From Candidatus Moraniibacteriota bacterium (GTDB lineage: Bacteria > Patescibacteriota > Minisyncoccia > Moranbacterales > UBA1568), in the NCBI GenBank assembly GCA_963743885.1, contig CAVURJ010000001.1:12949-76948 (forward strand): a DNA stretch of 64,000 bases, written 5' to 3'. Of this stretch, positions 10,501 through 18,041 are shown piece by piece (position 1 is the first letter of the stretch; each line of letters begins with the position of its first letter). A program made the translations under genes and the position numbers. A model generated the notes under the pieces. The model was given only the letters and a program-made list of their open reading frames with translations. It did no database searches and was not told where the DNA came from.

Positions 10501-10978
10501 CATGATCATCGCGGCGGTCCTCATCGTCTCGACCCTCGTCATCCAGTTCAACTCTTTCCGCAAAGCACTCCTCGTGCTCGTCACACTCCCCCTCGCGCTC
10601 ATCGGCGTCTTCATCGGCCTCGCGCTCTTCCAGGTGCCGCTCTCCTTCCCAGGACTCATCGGTATCCTCGCCCTCTTCGGCATCGTCGTGAAGAACGCCA
10701 TCATCCTGGTCGACAAGATCAACATCAACCTGACGGTCGGCATCCCCTTCGAGGAAGCCATCGTCGATGCCGGCAAGTCGCGGCTCGAAGCGATCTTCAT
10801 CACGTCGTTCTGCACCATCCTCGGCATCATCCCGATCACGCTCTCGAACGCCCTGTGGCAGGCGCTCGGCTCGGCCATCATCTTCGGACTGATGTTCTCC
10901 TCCTTCCTCACGCTCTTCATCATCCCGGTCCTCTACCGGATGCTTGCAAGCACGAGAGAGAAGGCAGATAGGGTTTAG
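7511..10978 (+). CDS. efflux RND transporter permease (AcrB/HAE family), 12 TM
   Basis: 1155 aa. Two large periplasmic loops and the repeated TM bundle. The start is uncertain: GTG at 7511 overlaps the MFP gene, and ATG at 7559 is the alternative. Confidence 0.9.
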   Translation: MMPSRSNSNSSGFFPFMPTTPEHRDPSSDSRYLDTLTFDPELKQGFLNFFVTRTRVVILLIILLSGWGIYAYNILPRESNPEVKIPIAIVSAVLPGASPSDVEELVTKKIETEVSSLKGASKVTSTSSNSVSVTSIEFEASENLDDAIRRVRDAVNTVAPDLPAEVETPTVSEISFDDQPILTMVLTGPYDGFTLREHAKTLQDELEKVPDVRDVTLSGGDEVEFSIAYDPAKLAVYGLSADAANNAVRSANIAVPGGNFDGQEFVYPIRSDGRFFDAQALGDTPIQKTRSGAIISLRDIATVEERAIKRTALSRLSISGSTPENAVTIDIVKKTGGSIIDIADTSKKTVADLLATFPSGMKTDITVDLSDQISNDFTQLSHDFLITVTLVVITLILLVGLKEALIAGLTIPLVFFATFGTMMLTGTSLNFLSLFSLLLALGLLVDDAIVVVSATKQYLRTGKFTPEEAVLLVLRDFKVVLLTTTLATTFAFMPLLLSSGIMGEFIKSIPITVSITLISSLIIAIVINHPLAAALERIRFTRGLFSALALLALAVGLIAIVSLSGIARFALAAASFAAFFLLIRYRYQRGGEAVLKHNELLVEKERTSDALIKEKLSHQISDEAHFMNRLMHGIVRIDHFIPLYERWLRYTLSTKKRRLTVVLGTVALFVATALLPITGIVKSEFFPASDEELLYINITAPIGLKLEKTDVIVREVEKTLLTYPEIKNFSTVVGRSSSGDGLGSGSSSTHVGSITVKLTKPDDRDITSYDLATEIRDELAPIREADITVFSPSGGPPAGDAFEAQIRGEDLNELSRIAGDLKDILATIPGVTGIEVSLKEAPAEYTFTLDPARMELYGLDAASVGSTLRMAVSGTEITKVIRDTDEIKVIARFDERALPTLQSLQNLQIINQSGTPVYLKDVATIELKPSVNAITRIDEKRVVKLSSDVIGDTNAQELLKAFQDKVAASYTLPDGYTLSYGGENEENTESVQSILRAMIIAAVLIVSTLVIQFNSFRKALLVLVTLPLALIGVFIGLALFQVPLSFPGLIGILALFGIVVKNAIILVDKININLTVGIPFEEAIVDAGKSRLEAIFITSFCTILGIIPITLSNALWQALGSAIIFGLMFSSFLTLFIIPVLYRMLASTREKADRV

Positions 10979-11024
10979 GGGATAGGGTACAGGGTATAGA
11001 AAGAAAAAAGAGAGCGACAAAAAG

Positions 11025-11045
11025 ACCCCTTGCTAGGGGTTTTTT
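11025..11045 (+). terminator. rho-independent terminator of the RND operon
   Basis: acccct-tgct-aggggt followed by ttttt. Confidence 0.7.
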
Positions 11046-11107
11046 GTTCTGCTATGCTGAGCCGGAACAGAAGTCCCTTCACAACCCGAGACGACAAGGA
11101 ACTCACT

Positions 11108-11458
11108 ATGAAAACCCTATTACGCGGCATCTGCAACGGAGCAATAATCACCTTCTCTGACCGCTATGTACTCTTCCTGCTGGCTGCTGTTGTCGGATTA
11201 TCCATCTGGCAATATTCCTGGATCAGTGTTACCCTGCTGCCATTCCTGGCAAGCCATCCGACCTACGTGCTCGTCCCTATCGTTCTTTTCATCGTCAGCG
11301 CCATAGGCATAGGAAAATTCATCGAAGAAGTCGAAGACTACCATGGCATTGATCCTCTGTTCTGTTTTTACGCGTTCTTCATAGGCCTTGTTGCCCTCGT
11401 CTTTTACTGCTGGGCATTGGCAAGCTACGTCTCAATAACGATCACAGTCCCCAGCTGA
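11108..11458 (+). CDS. hypothetical integral membrane protein
   Basis: About 116 aa with 3-4 predicted TM helices. I prefer the start MKTLLRG, preceded by aaggaactcact, because the longer ORF from 11030 would overlap the terminator. Confidence 0.45.
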   Translation: MKTLLRGICNGAIITFSDRYVLFLLAAVVGLSIWQYSWISVTLLPFLASHPTYVLVPIVLFIVSAIGIGKFIEEVEDYHGIDPLFCFYAFFIGLVALVFYCWALASYVSITITVPS

Positions 11459-11478
11459 CAAATCATGCAAAACCAAAA

Positions 11479-11509
11479 CCGATATGGAATTCCATATCGG
11501 TCTTTTTTT
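11479..11509 (+). terminator. terminator (perfect 22-bp palindrome plus T-run)
   Basis: ccgatatggaattccatatcgg followed by tcttttttt. Confidence 0.75.
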
Positions 11510-11651
11510 ATCTCTCATCTTCTTCATCTATCCCCTCTCATCTCTTATCCCGCTCCCCTTTCTCGCCTCGCTTTCGCTCCGTCGAAGCGGGTCCAAGAGG
11601 AGCCCTGCCTGCCGGTAGGCAAGTGGCTCGTCTGCGAGACTGAGGGGTTCT

Positions 11652-12392
11652 CTACTTCTCAGCAATCTCCACGCTCTTCACAACGACCGGCGTGACTGGA
11701 GAGGATCCCTCGCCGCCCGCCTTGGTCGGCGCATCAGCGATGGTGTCGACAGCCTCGAGGCCCGAGACGACATGGCCGAAGATCACATAGTTCGGCGGAA
11801 GCGGATAATCCTTGTGCATGATGAAGAACTGGCTACCGTTGGTATCCGGACCGGCGTTCGCCATCGCGATCGTGCCGCGGGTATACTGCCCCGTAAACGG
11901 CTCGTCATCGAAGCGGTAGCCCGGGCCGCCCATGCCCGTCCCCTGTGGATCTCCACCCTGGATCATGAAGCCAGGAATCGTCCGATGGAAGATCGTCCCA
12001 TCATAGAACTTCTCACGAGCAAGGAACACGAAATTGTTGACTGTGATCGGCGTCGCTGCTGCTGCGAGCTCCACCACGATATCGCCTTGGTCCGTATGGA
12101 GTGTCGCGGTATACTGCTTCTTCGCATCGATCGTCATTGCTGGTGCCTGCATATAGGTCTTTCCTTTTAGAGAATTATCCGCCTGGACCGGCGGCGTCTG
12201 CTTCGCCTGGCTCTTCGCCTCGGCTGGTTTGTCTGCCGTCTTGTCGGCAGGCTTATCAAACGTCAGCCCCGACCCCTCGGACGATTTCTCAGTCCGTACC
12301 TCCGGCGTATCCATCGAACATCCCGCAAGCGCGATGCCGCCGATGATTGCCACTGCTATCTTTTTTCTCATACGCGTCTTTGTTACTAGCAC
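11652..12392 (-). CDS. cyclophilin-type peptidyl-prolyl cis-trans isomerase, lipoprotein
   Basis: 246 aa. Lipobox IALAGCS. Cyclophilin core FHRTIPGFMIQGGDP...GPGYRFDDE...GTIAMANAGPDTNGSQFFI. Confidence 0.85.
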   Translation of the reverse strand: MLVTKTRMRKKIAVAIIGGIALAGCSMDTPEVRTEKSSEGSGLTFDKPADKTADKPAEAKSQAKQTPPVQADNSLKGKTYMQAPAMTIDAKKQYTATLHTDQGDIVVELAAAATPITVNNFVFLAREKFYDGTIFHRTIPGFMIQGGDPQGTGMGGPGYRFDDEPFTGQYTRGTIAMANAGPDTNGSQFFIMHKDYPLPPNYVIFGHVVSGLEAVDTIADAPTKAGGEGSSPVTPVVVKSVEIAEK

Positions 12393-12438
12393 ACTCCCAT
12401 CAGTATACTACATTCCCACGCACATGATACCGTTACCA

Positions 12439-12467
12439 TTGACAAGCAGCTAAAAAGGGTGTATAAT
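12439..12467 (+). promoter_or_regulatory. near-consensus sigma70 promoter (TTGACA-17 bp-TATAAT)
   Basis: TTGACA 12439-12444 and TATAAT 12462-12467, with no CDS downstream. The hexamers are verifiable by inspection. Whether this organism's sigma factor prefers them is an inference. Confidence 0.55.
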
Positions 12468-12473
12468 GGTATA

Positions 12474-12608
12474 CAGAAGTGCATAAAGCTAATTCGTCCA
12501 CAAAACCCGCCTGGTGGCAGTTGGGACGTAGTGCCCATAGTGGATTGGATATCTTGAAGCGCTTAAGGGCCTGTCTGAAACATTAGACAGGTCCTAGATT
12601 TTTTTTAA
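12474..12608 (+). ncRNA. candidate ~135-nt small RNA (promoter-to-terminator unit), identity unknown
   Basis: The transcript would start ~7 nt after the -10 element and end at the hairpin cctgtct-gaaacatt-agacagg followed by a T8 run at 12570-12608. It contains no ORF. I recognise no Rfam family by eye. Confidence 0.3.
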
Positions 12609-12794
12609 AAGCCTTTACCCTGTTACAAATCCACGAAAGATTTTCGATAACCGCCAACCCGAAGGCGAAGCCGCCTATCAGCTCTACCATTACACAACGC
12701 AAGCCCCTGCCTGATTTGTAATAGGGCTCCTGCCAAAAGTTGCCCTACCGAAAGCACGGCAATCGCCTTACAGAGATTCACTTCAAAAAAAGCC

Positions 12795-12823
12795 TTGACT
12801 TTTCCCATTTTTTGCGCTATACT
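12795..12823 (+). promoter_or_regulatory. second sigma70-like promoter (TTGACT-17 bp-TATACT)
   Basis: TTGACT 12795-12800 and TATACT 12818-12823. Confidence 0.5.
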
Positions 12824-12842
12824 TAAGAAGTTGAGAAGTGGA

Positions 12843-12884
12843 AACGGGTGAGAGATGTCATAATCTCGCCCGTTTTCTTTTTTC
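12843..12884 (+). terminator. attenuator-like intrinsic terminator about 20 nt downstream of the promoter
   Basis: 11-bp stem acgggtgagag / ctctcgcccgt (one G-U pair), 10-nt loop, followed by ttttcttttttc. Confidence 0.5.
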
Positions 12885-12935
12885 ATCAAGTCCCTTTAAA
12901 AAAGCCTCGGGACAGGCAAAAACAAAAAAGACGTA

Positions 12936-13115
12936 TGACAGAAGTACGTATGGAAGACACCCCAGTGGTGTCAGAGTGTTCGGGCCCTGATTGCCCGAAG
13001 TGCGCCAAAGCGGCTGCAGAAGCCGAGGAGTCAGAGAACACGAACTTCGCGTTCCTCCTCGCGATGCTCCCGGTGATCGCACTCACCTTCTTCGGACAGG
13101 CAGGACTCTTGTAAA
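12936..13115 (+). CDS. hypothetical tail-anchored small protein (59 aa) with a C-x4-C-x2-C motif
   Basis: MTEVRMEDTPVVSECSGPDCPKCAKAAAEAEESENTNFAFLLAMLPVIALTFFGQAGLL. Single C-terminal TM helix. Coding status uncertain. Confidence 0.35.
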
Positions 13116-13142
13116 AAAGACCCTCCCCTCTCCAACAAAAAA

Positions 13143-13169
13143 CCGCCCTACTAAAAGGGTGGTTTTTTT
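13143..13169 (+). terminator. rho-independent terminator
   Basis: ccgccct-actaaa-agggtgg (one G-U pair) followed by ttttttt. Confidence 0.65.
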
Positions 13170-13199
13170 ATTCTTCTCTTTCTTATCTATCACAATAAC

Positions 13200-13440
13200 A
13201 GGTACTGAGACCCAGAACCAGCCTGCCAGCCAAGCCGCCTCGATTCGAGTCAAAGCGGGCCCGCCTAACCGGCGAGGCTGGCCGCGGAATAACGGGTATT
13301 GCACCGCGGGACAAGCCCCGCATTACAGACAAGCTTCACTTGCCTTCCCCGCAGCAAGCTGCAGGGTATTGACCCGATTTTACCTGCGCTCCGTTCGGAA
13401 ACAAAAGTAAACTTTTGTTTCACTCACTACACTTGGTAAT
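13200..13440. ncRNA. candidate structured GC-rich RNA of about 240 nt, bounded by two terminators; identity unresolved
   Basis: No ORF. Nested complementary segments: ccagcc (13231) pairs with ggctgg (13274); cgcc-uaacc-ggcg hairpin; a perfect 10-bp hairpin gaaacaaaag-taaa-cttttgtttc (13399-13422). Weak resemblance to RNase P P4 strands (gagucaaagcgggcc; acagacaagcuu), not conclusive. Confidence 0.3.
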
Positions 13441-13471
13441 AAAACGATCCGCCAGCTGGCGGATCGTTTTT
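13441..13471. terminator. bidirectional terminator: perfect 26-bp palindrome aacgatccgccagctggcggatcgtt flanked by A-run and T-run
   Basis: aaa on the 5' side and ttt on the 3' side. The core atccgccagctggcggat is repeated at 47078-47095. Confidence 0.7.
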
Positions 13472-13559
13472 AGGGTCCAGGACTTGCCTACCCGAATCGC
13501 TACGCGAATCGTTGCGGGCGGGCTCCGGGGTAAATACCATTTATTTTCTAACTAAAATC

Positions 13560-14189
13560 TCAATCCTTCACTTTCCGGTAGTAGATACCAACGTCAGCGA
13601 TCCACTTCTTCACGCTCTCTGAGGTATGGGCCGAGCAGTTCCAGCCGCATTTCCAGACGATGAGCTCTTCTGGCGTATCAAACTCGTACTTCTTGACGAA
13701 GGTATCGATACGGCCGCCGACGACGCCCACGGCTTCCTCCGGACTGCCGAAGCAGCCGTGCCCCATAGCGATGCCACGCGAGCCTGCACCACGATAGCCC
13801 CAGTAGTTGTAGCAATCCTTGCCGTCCTCATCGACCGGCACGCGCTTACCCCAGTTACTTTCCTTCTTGGCAATGCCGACGAGAAAGGCAGCGGTCGTCT
13901 GGTCATACCGGGAGATGGATCGGGACATCCGTTCGATCGGAAAGCCAACGACGACCTTGTTCACGCGGCGCTCGAGCGCGGCATGAGGATCCGGAGCAGC
14001 GAAGACCGGTCCAGGGTCGAGCGAGACACGGAGCGTCGCACCATAGAGAGCCGTGGTCACAACGAAGCTTATGGCGATGAAGGCCACATAAGCGCCACGC
14101 GACGAGATAGCGAGCGGACGCGCGAGAAAAGCCTCGAACCGATCAAGCGCTCTTTGGATGATATTCTGATGTTTCTTTTTCTGTGTCAT
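13560..14189 (-). CDS. membrane-anchored peptidoglycan hydrolase, GH73 N-acetylglucosaminidase-like
   Basis: About 209 aa. N-terminal TM helix. Motifs AKKESNWGKR and CYNYWGYRG resemble the Glucosaminidase (FlgJ/GH73) family signatures ESGWG and NNLFGIK. Start taken at MTQKKK. Confidence 0.5.
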   Translation of the reverse strand: MTQKKKHQNIIQRALDRFEAFLARPLAISSRGAYVAFIAISFVVTTALYGATLRVSLDPGPVFAAPDPHAALERRVNKVVVGFPIERMSRSISRYDQTTAAFLVGIAKKESNWGKRVPVDEDGKDCYNYWGYRGAGSRGIAMGHGCFGSPEEAVGVVGGRIDTFVKKYEFDTPEELIVWKCGWNCSAHTSESVKKWIADVGIYYRKVKD

Positions 14190-14292
14190 AGGTGAGAAAA
14201 TGGCTTGAACAAGTAAAAAAGCGAGCACCCGGACGGCACCCGCTTCTTTAGTTCTACATACAGTATAGCACTTTTCCGGCCGAAAATCAAGC

Positions 14293-15642
14293 CTATCTCA
14301 CCTGAAGCGTCCCGCGGTACATGCCCATCGAACAACTGAAGGGTATCTTGCCAGCGCGAGTCGGCGTGAACTCGATGATGTTCTCTCCGGGTTTGAGACG
14401 GCGCTCAATGCCGAGCTCAGGGATGACAAATGACGACGCGCAACTATATGAATCCTCCGAATTGATGATGAGGCGCACCGGTACGCCGGCCGTGAGCTCG
14501 GGCAACGTGCTCGGGTGATAGCCGTCCGCATCCTGCGTCATGCGGATGACCTGGGCATCACCAGATGTGGTAGGATCCGTCGCCGCGGCAGGACTCTGGT
14601 CTCCACTCCATCCGAAGAGGTGCCAAGCGTTCCCAATATTCCAAAGGCCAAACGCGATAAGGACGACCGCGATGATCGCGAAGAAGACCCGGCGCATCCC
14701 GCCTTGGATTGCTGTGCCCAAACCACCGAACGCGAGCAGCCCTGGCATCGTACCGAGCGCGAAGACCGCCATGATAATCGCGCCAGCGAAAGTATCACCG
14801 AGTGTAATGACGGAAAGCTGCACTGCCTGTGTGAAACCGCACGGAAGAAAGAACGTGAGAGCGCCGGAAAGGAGGGCGCCGCGATGCGAATACCCGGCTC
14901 CGTCGTGGCGGCCTGCGCCAAGCATCCGGCTGATGGCTTTCGGCAGAGTGAATGAAAAATGGCTCAAACGAGGGAAAATATCCGAGAGCTGAAGACCGAT
15001 GAGCAGCATGACAAGACCGACCAAAAGGGTCAAAAAAGCCGTCGCGGAAAGTGAAAGCTGGAGCCGTTCGCCGAAGAGCCCAAGGAGAGCACCAAAGAAC
15101 GCGAAGCCGCCGACGCGTCCGGTATTGAACCAGAGTTGTGGGATGAATTTGTCACGGAAAGAGCGCTCGGGATGAAGCTCGCTGTAGCGGGCTGCGACGC
15201 CGAGCACGAGGCCGCCGACAATCGCCGCACAGGTAGAGATACCAGCTGCGAGACCAATCAGGAACACGAGGCCGAGTCGGGAGAGATCGAGCGTCTCGGA
15301 TCCGAAGGAAGCCGAGAGCCAGCCGAGATGGCCGAGCGCGAGGTATCCGACGAAGACAAGCGCGATCGCGAAGAGTGCCGCGACATATGCTTCGAGCTCG
15401 CGCGAGACGAGCGGTAGATGCCCTGCAGCATCTGCCACTGTATAGCCGGCCGTCTCAATGACAGCCCGCACCGCCTCTTCATCGGGCGCAGTACCGTCCG
15501 AGGCGATGATGATCGTCCCAGTCCTGTGGTTGGCTTCGGCCCGAGTGACATGCGCGATCTTTGCGAGCTCGCCTTCAAGCGTCAGTTCGCACGAGCGGCA
15601 GTGCATCCCAGAAACGAATATCTTTTGTTGTGGCATAAGCAA
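14293..15642 (-). CDS. fusion protein: N-terminal heavy-metal-associated (HMA) domain, TauE/SafE-type permease, C-terminal cupredoxin-like domain
   Basis: 449 aa. GMHCRSC (GMxCxxC) at the N-terminus. A 7-8 TM core. The C-terminal ...SYSCASSFVIPELGIERRLKPGENIIEFTPTRAGKIPFSCSMGMYRGTLQV matches the Cupredoxin_1 pattern. Confidence 0.65.
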   Translation of the reverse strand: MLMPQQKIFVSGMHCRSCELTLEGELAKIAHVTRAEANHRTGTIIIASDGTAPDEEAVRAVIETAGYTVADAAGHLPLVSRELEAYVAALFAIALVFVGYLALGHLGWLSASFGSETLDLSRLGLVFLIGLAAGISTCAAIVGGLVLGVAARYSELHPERSFRDKFIPQLWFNTGRVGGFAFFGALLGLFGERLQLSLSATAFLTLLVGLVMLLIGLQLSDIFPRLSHFSFTLPKAISRMLGAGRHDGAGYSHRGALLSGALTFFLPCGFTQAVQLSVITLGDTFAGAIIMAVFALGTMPGLLAFGGLGTAIQGGMRRVFFAIIAVVLIAFGLWNIGNAWHLFGWSGDQSPAAATDPTTSGDAQVIRMTQDADGYHPSTLPELTAGVPVRLIINSEDSYSCASSFVIPELGIERRLKPGENIIEFTPTRAGKIPFSCSMGMYRGTLQVR

Positions 15643-15699
15643 AAAGAAAAGTGGTACAGAAAGTATACCACATTCCCTCTTTCAAGCTCTTTTCTTGGC

Positions 15700-15759
15700 C
15701 TACAATCCAATCCCCTCAAGAAACATCTTCTTCGCAAGGCCGCGGAGCTGGCGGCTATT
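15700..15759. repeat. 60-bp perfect direct repeat, copy A (intergenic)
   Basis: ctacaatccaatcccctcaagaaacatcttcttcgcaaggccgcggagctggcggctatt is identical to 17982-18041. Confidence 0.9.
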
Positions 15760-15777
15760 ACCGAAGAGAATACAAAT

Positions 15778-16527
15778 TTATACCGTCTTCCAAATCATCT
15801 TGAAAATGCTCTTCTGAAGATCAGCAATAGATTGGTCGCGGATGAGAACACCTATCAACGTCCGAAACGAGATAAGCGCTATCGTATCGCCATAGATAAT
15901 GAGGTCAGTCTCGAAACGGAACCCCTCCGGTAGGACCTTGCTCTTCACGAAGTTATCGTACTGCTTCAGCTTGAGATGTGCCCTGGCTGCTTCGGAACGC
16001 TCAACCAAATTATAAAGCCGGCCACCGTTCTCATAGAGACGTGTAAGGAGAGCATCGTTCTGTTCTAGGGTAAATACCCCGTAGAACTTCTCAGGCGTGA
16101 AGAACGAATAAACATCCTTGTGTGTCTCGACGATCTGCCGATAGACATCCAAAAGTCCCTCGCGCCCCTCATAAAACGCTACCGTCGGATGCGACGATGC
16201 GAGCGCATAGAGCGATTCGAGCTCAGGCAGACATTCCCCTGCTACCCGACGCTTTTCCCGGATTACCGCTTCCTCACGATCGAGGTTATGGAGCAGCTTC
16301 TTCGGGTGCTCCGGAATATACAGTGTCCTCTTCTTGCGCACCGTCTGGGAGACCAGTCCGCCTTCAAGAAGCGCGTCGATATATTCGTACGCGGTCGTAC
16401 GCTTGATTCCCGCCTCGCGCGCGATATCAGACACCGTGGCCTCGCCAAGCCGAAGCACGGCTGCATAGGCGTCCGCCTCTTTGCCGGAGAGCCCGATCCG
16501 TTCCAGTTTTTTCAACAAGCTTTCCAT
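15778..16527 (-). CDS. TrmB-family transcriptional regulator
   Basis: 249 aa. N-terminal wHTH ...LSGKEADAYAAVLRLGEATVSDIAREAGIKRTTAYEYIDALLEGGLV... plus a C-terminal TrmB-type domain. Confidence 0.7.
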   Translation of the reverse strand: MESLLKKLERIGLSGKEADAYAAVLRLGEATVSDIAREAGIKRTTAYEYIDALLEGGLVSQTVRKKRTLYIPEHPKKLLHNLDREEAVIREKRRVAGECLPELESLYALASSHPTVAFYEGREGLLDVYRQIVETHKDVYSFFTPEKFYGVFTLEQNDALLTRLYENGGRLYNLVERSEAARAHLKLKQYDNFVKSKVLPEGFRFETDLIIYGDTIALISFRTLIGVLIRDQSIADLQKSIFKMIWKTV

Positions 16528-16703
16528 GCCCCCATCCTACGCGCATTTCAAAAAGTGTCAACTATTTCCGTCACATTTTTACTCTATACGTATATTTATT
16601 GGCTTTTATAAGCATAAAACATATCATCAGTACGTATCTATTTTGCGTATTCCCATAAAGATACGTACCCTATCAGCAGATTCGTTCGGGAGCCGCGCTC
16701 CCT

Positions 16704-17225
16704 TTGACAACCAAGGAGATCGGGATGAAAATCGAAACCATTGGAAGCAACAAGGAATATGTGAGTCTCCCTTGCGGAAGAATCATCGCGAATATCCTCC
16801 GCGTAAGCGAGAATGACTACAAAACATGGAGGCGCACGGAAATTCTCGAGGAATTTTCATTCTTTGTTGGTTCTATTCTCTTTATCACCATTCTTTTGGT
16901 ATTTTTGTGGCACCTCGCGATACTGGATCGACCTGTCGTGCATGTGGAAAATACGATCAGCGGCATTCTCTCCGCCCTCGTTAAGGGAGTGTTTTTCGGT
17001 TTCCTTTTCATAGTATTGCTTACGTCCGCTGGCTTAAGCAGTCTTATGGGGCCACCCCTCATCGCATCACTTCGTATTAGAAGAAAACGAAAGGAATTTC
17101 TCCTAAATATCGGCCGGGCTGACATCGATTGTGAAAAAGTGAGTTCATATCTCTGCGATTCCATCACAAAAGGTGACGGGTATTTGATTATCGCCAAAGG
17201 GCAATCTATAGAAAGTCAGATATAA
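16704..17225 (+). CDS. hypothetical membrane protein (AT-rich insert)
   Basis: 173 aa, 3 TM helices. Lower GC than its surroundings. Alternative start at MKIETIG (16727). Confidence 0.4.
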   Translation: MTTKEIGMKIETIGSNKEYVSLPCGRIIANILRVSENDYKTWRRTEILEEFSFFVGSILFITILLVFLWHLAILDRPVVHVENTISGILSALVKGVFFGFLFIVLLTSAGLSSLMGPPLIASLRIRRKRKEFLLNIGRADIDCEKVSSYLCDSITKGDGYLIIAKGQSIESQI

Positions 17226-17235
17226 GGAGATAAAC

Positions 17236-17904
17236 ATGCCAGACAGCATCGCAATGCTCAACCGTCTCGTGTCCAAAACCGTCGCGAGCGACAAAAAAAA
17301 TGCCGCCCACCAAGCGGAAACCGACTTGAAATCCGCCGAATACCTCTGTGAGCTTAGTACATTCGAAGCCAATGCCAAACTTCTCCGCACAAAGCTCCGG
17401 CTCGAAGGCATCACACCGCTTAGCATCCTGCCCCACGCAGTTTGGGGAAAACTCTGCACTCATGCCGGAGGGTTCCTCCGATTCGATGTCCTGGTCGATA
17501 CGCAAGAGCAGAAAAAGAAGCTCGTCGCAGGAAAGATAGTGCGAGGCATCCAGAAAAAACCAGAGGGGACTGGGAACGGAAAACTGGATTTCGTTATCTT
17601 TTCAGGAATGTTTGCTCTTTGTATCATCAGTATAGTGTGCGGGATGGTTCTCTTTTCGAAACCATCGATTTACACAGCATGGAGCATAACATGGTGCCTC
17701 CTTATTTTCATCCTCCCTCAAGGAACACTCGAACTCATAGGACAAAGAAGGCTTCAAAAGACCCTGCGGACCGAGAAGAATTCCGTCGTCTACGTGACCG
17801 AGGGGTGCCGTGGGGCGGCGGTAGCGATCATCGCAAAGTGGGGAGAATTCCCCATCGAACAGACGGTGATCGACGAGGTTCTGGACTCAACCCTCTCCAT
17901 CTAA
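17236..17904 (+). CDS. hypothetical membrane protein (AT-rich insert)
   Basis: 222 aa. Central pair of TM helices. RBS aaggagataaac precedes the start. Confidence 0.45.
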   Translation: MPDSIAMLNRLVSKTVASDKKNAAHQAETDLKSAEYLCELSTFEANAKLLRTKLRLEGITPLSILPHAVWGKLCTHAGGFLRFDVLVDTQEQKKKLVAGKIVRGIQKKPEGTGNGKLDFVIFSGMFALCIISIVCGMVLFSKPSIYTAWSITWCLLIFILPQGTLELIGQRRLQKTLRTEKNSVVYVTEGCRGAAVAIIAKWGEFPIEQTVIDEVLDSTLSI

Positions 17905-17981
17905 GAACGGCAACAAGACAAATACGCGCGAAGGAAGTTCCATCTCCCTTCGCGCTTTTTTCTTATATTCCACTAAGATAT

Positions 17982-18041
17982 CTACAATCCAATCCCCTCA
18001 AGAAACATCTTCTTCGCAAGGCCGCGGAGCTGGCGGCTATT
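17982..18041. repeat. 60-bp perfect direct repeat, copy B (the last 19 codons plus stop of the pseudouridine synthase gene)
   Basis: Identical to 15700-15759. It encodes ...LRGLAKKMFLEGIGL* on the minus strand. Confidence 0.9.

Noticed and set aside
13200-13440. Specific naming of the structured RNA as RNase P RNA, SRP RNA or tmRNA
   Set aside because: Only weak resemblance to P4 strands (gagucaaagcgggcc / acagacaagcuu) and to the SRP GCUGGCAGG motif. No tRNA-like 3' end for tmRNA. The length (~240 nt) is short for RNase P. It is left as an unassigned candidate.
15418-15933. 171-aa plus-strand ORF spanning the TrmB 3' end and the 60-bp repeat
   Set aside because: It overlaps the TrmB gene on the opposite strand and the repeat, and has no recognisable domain.
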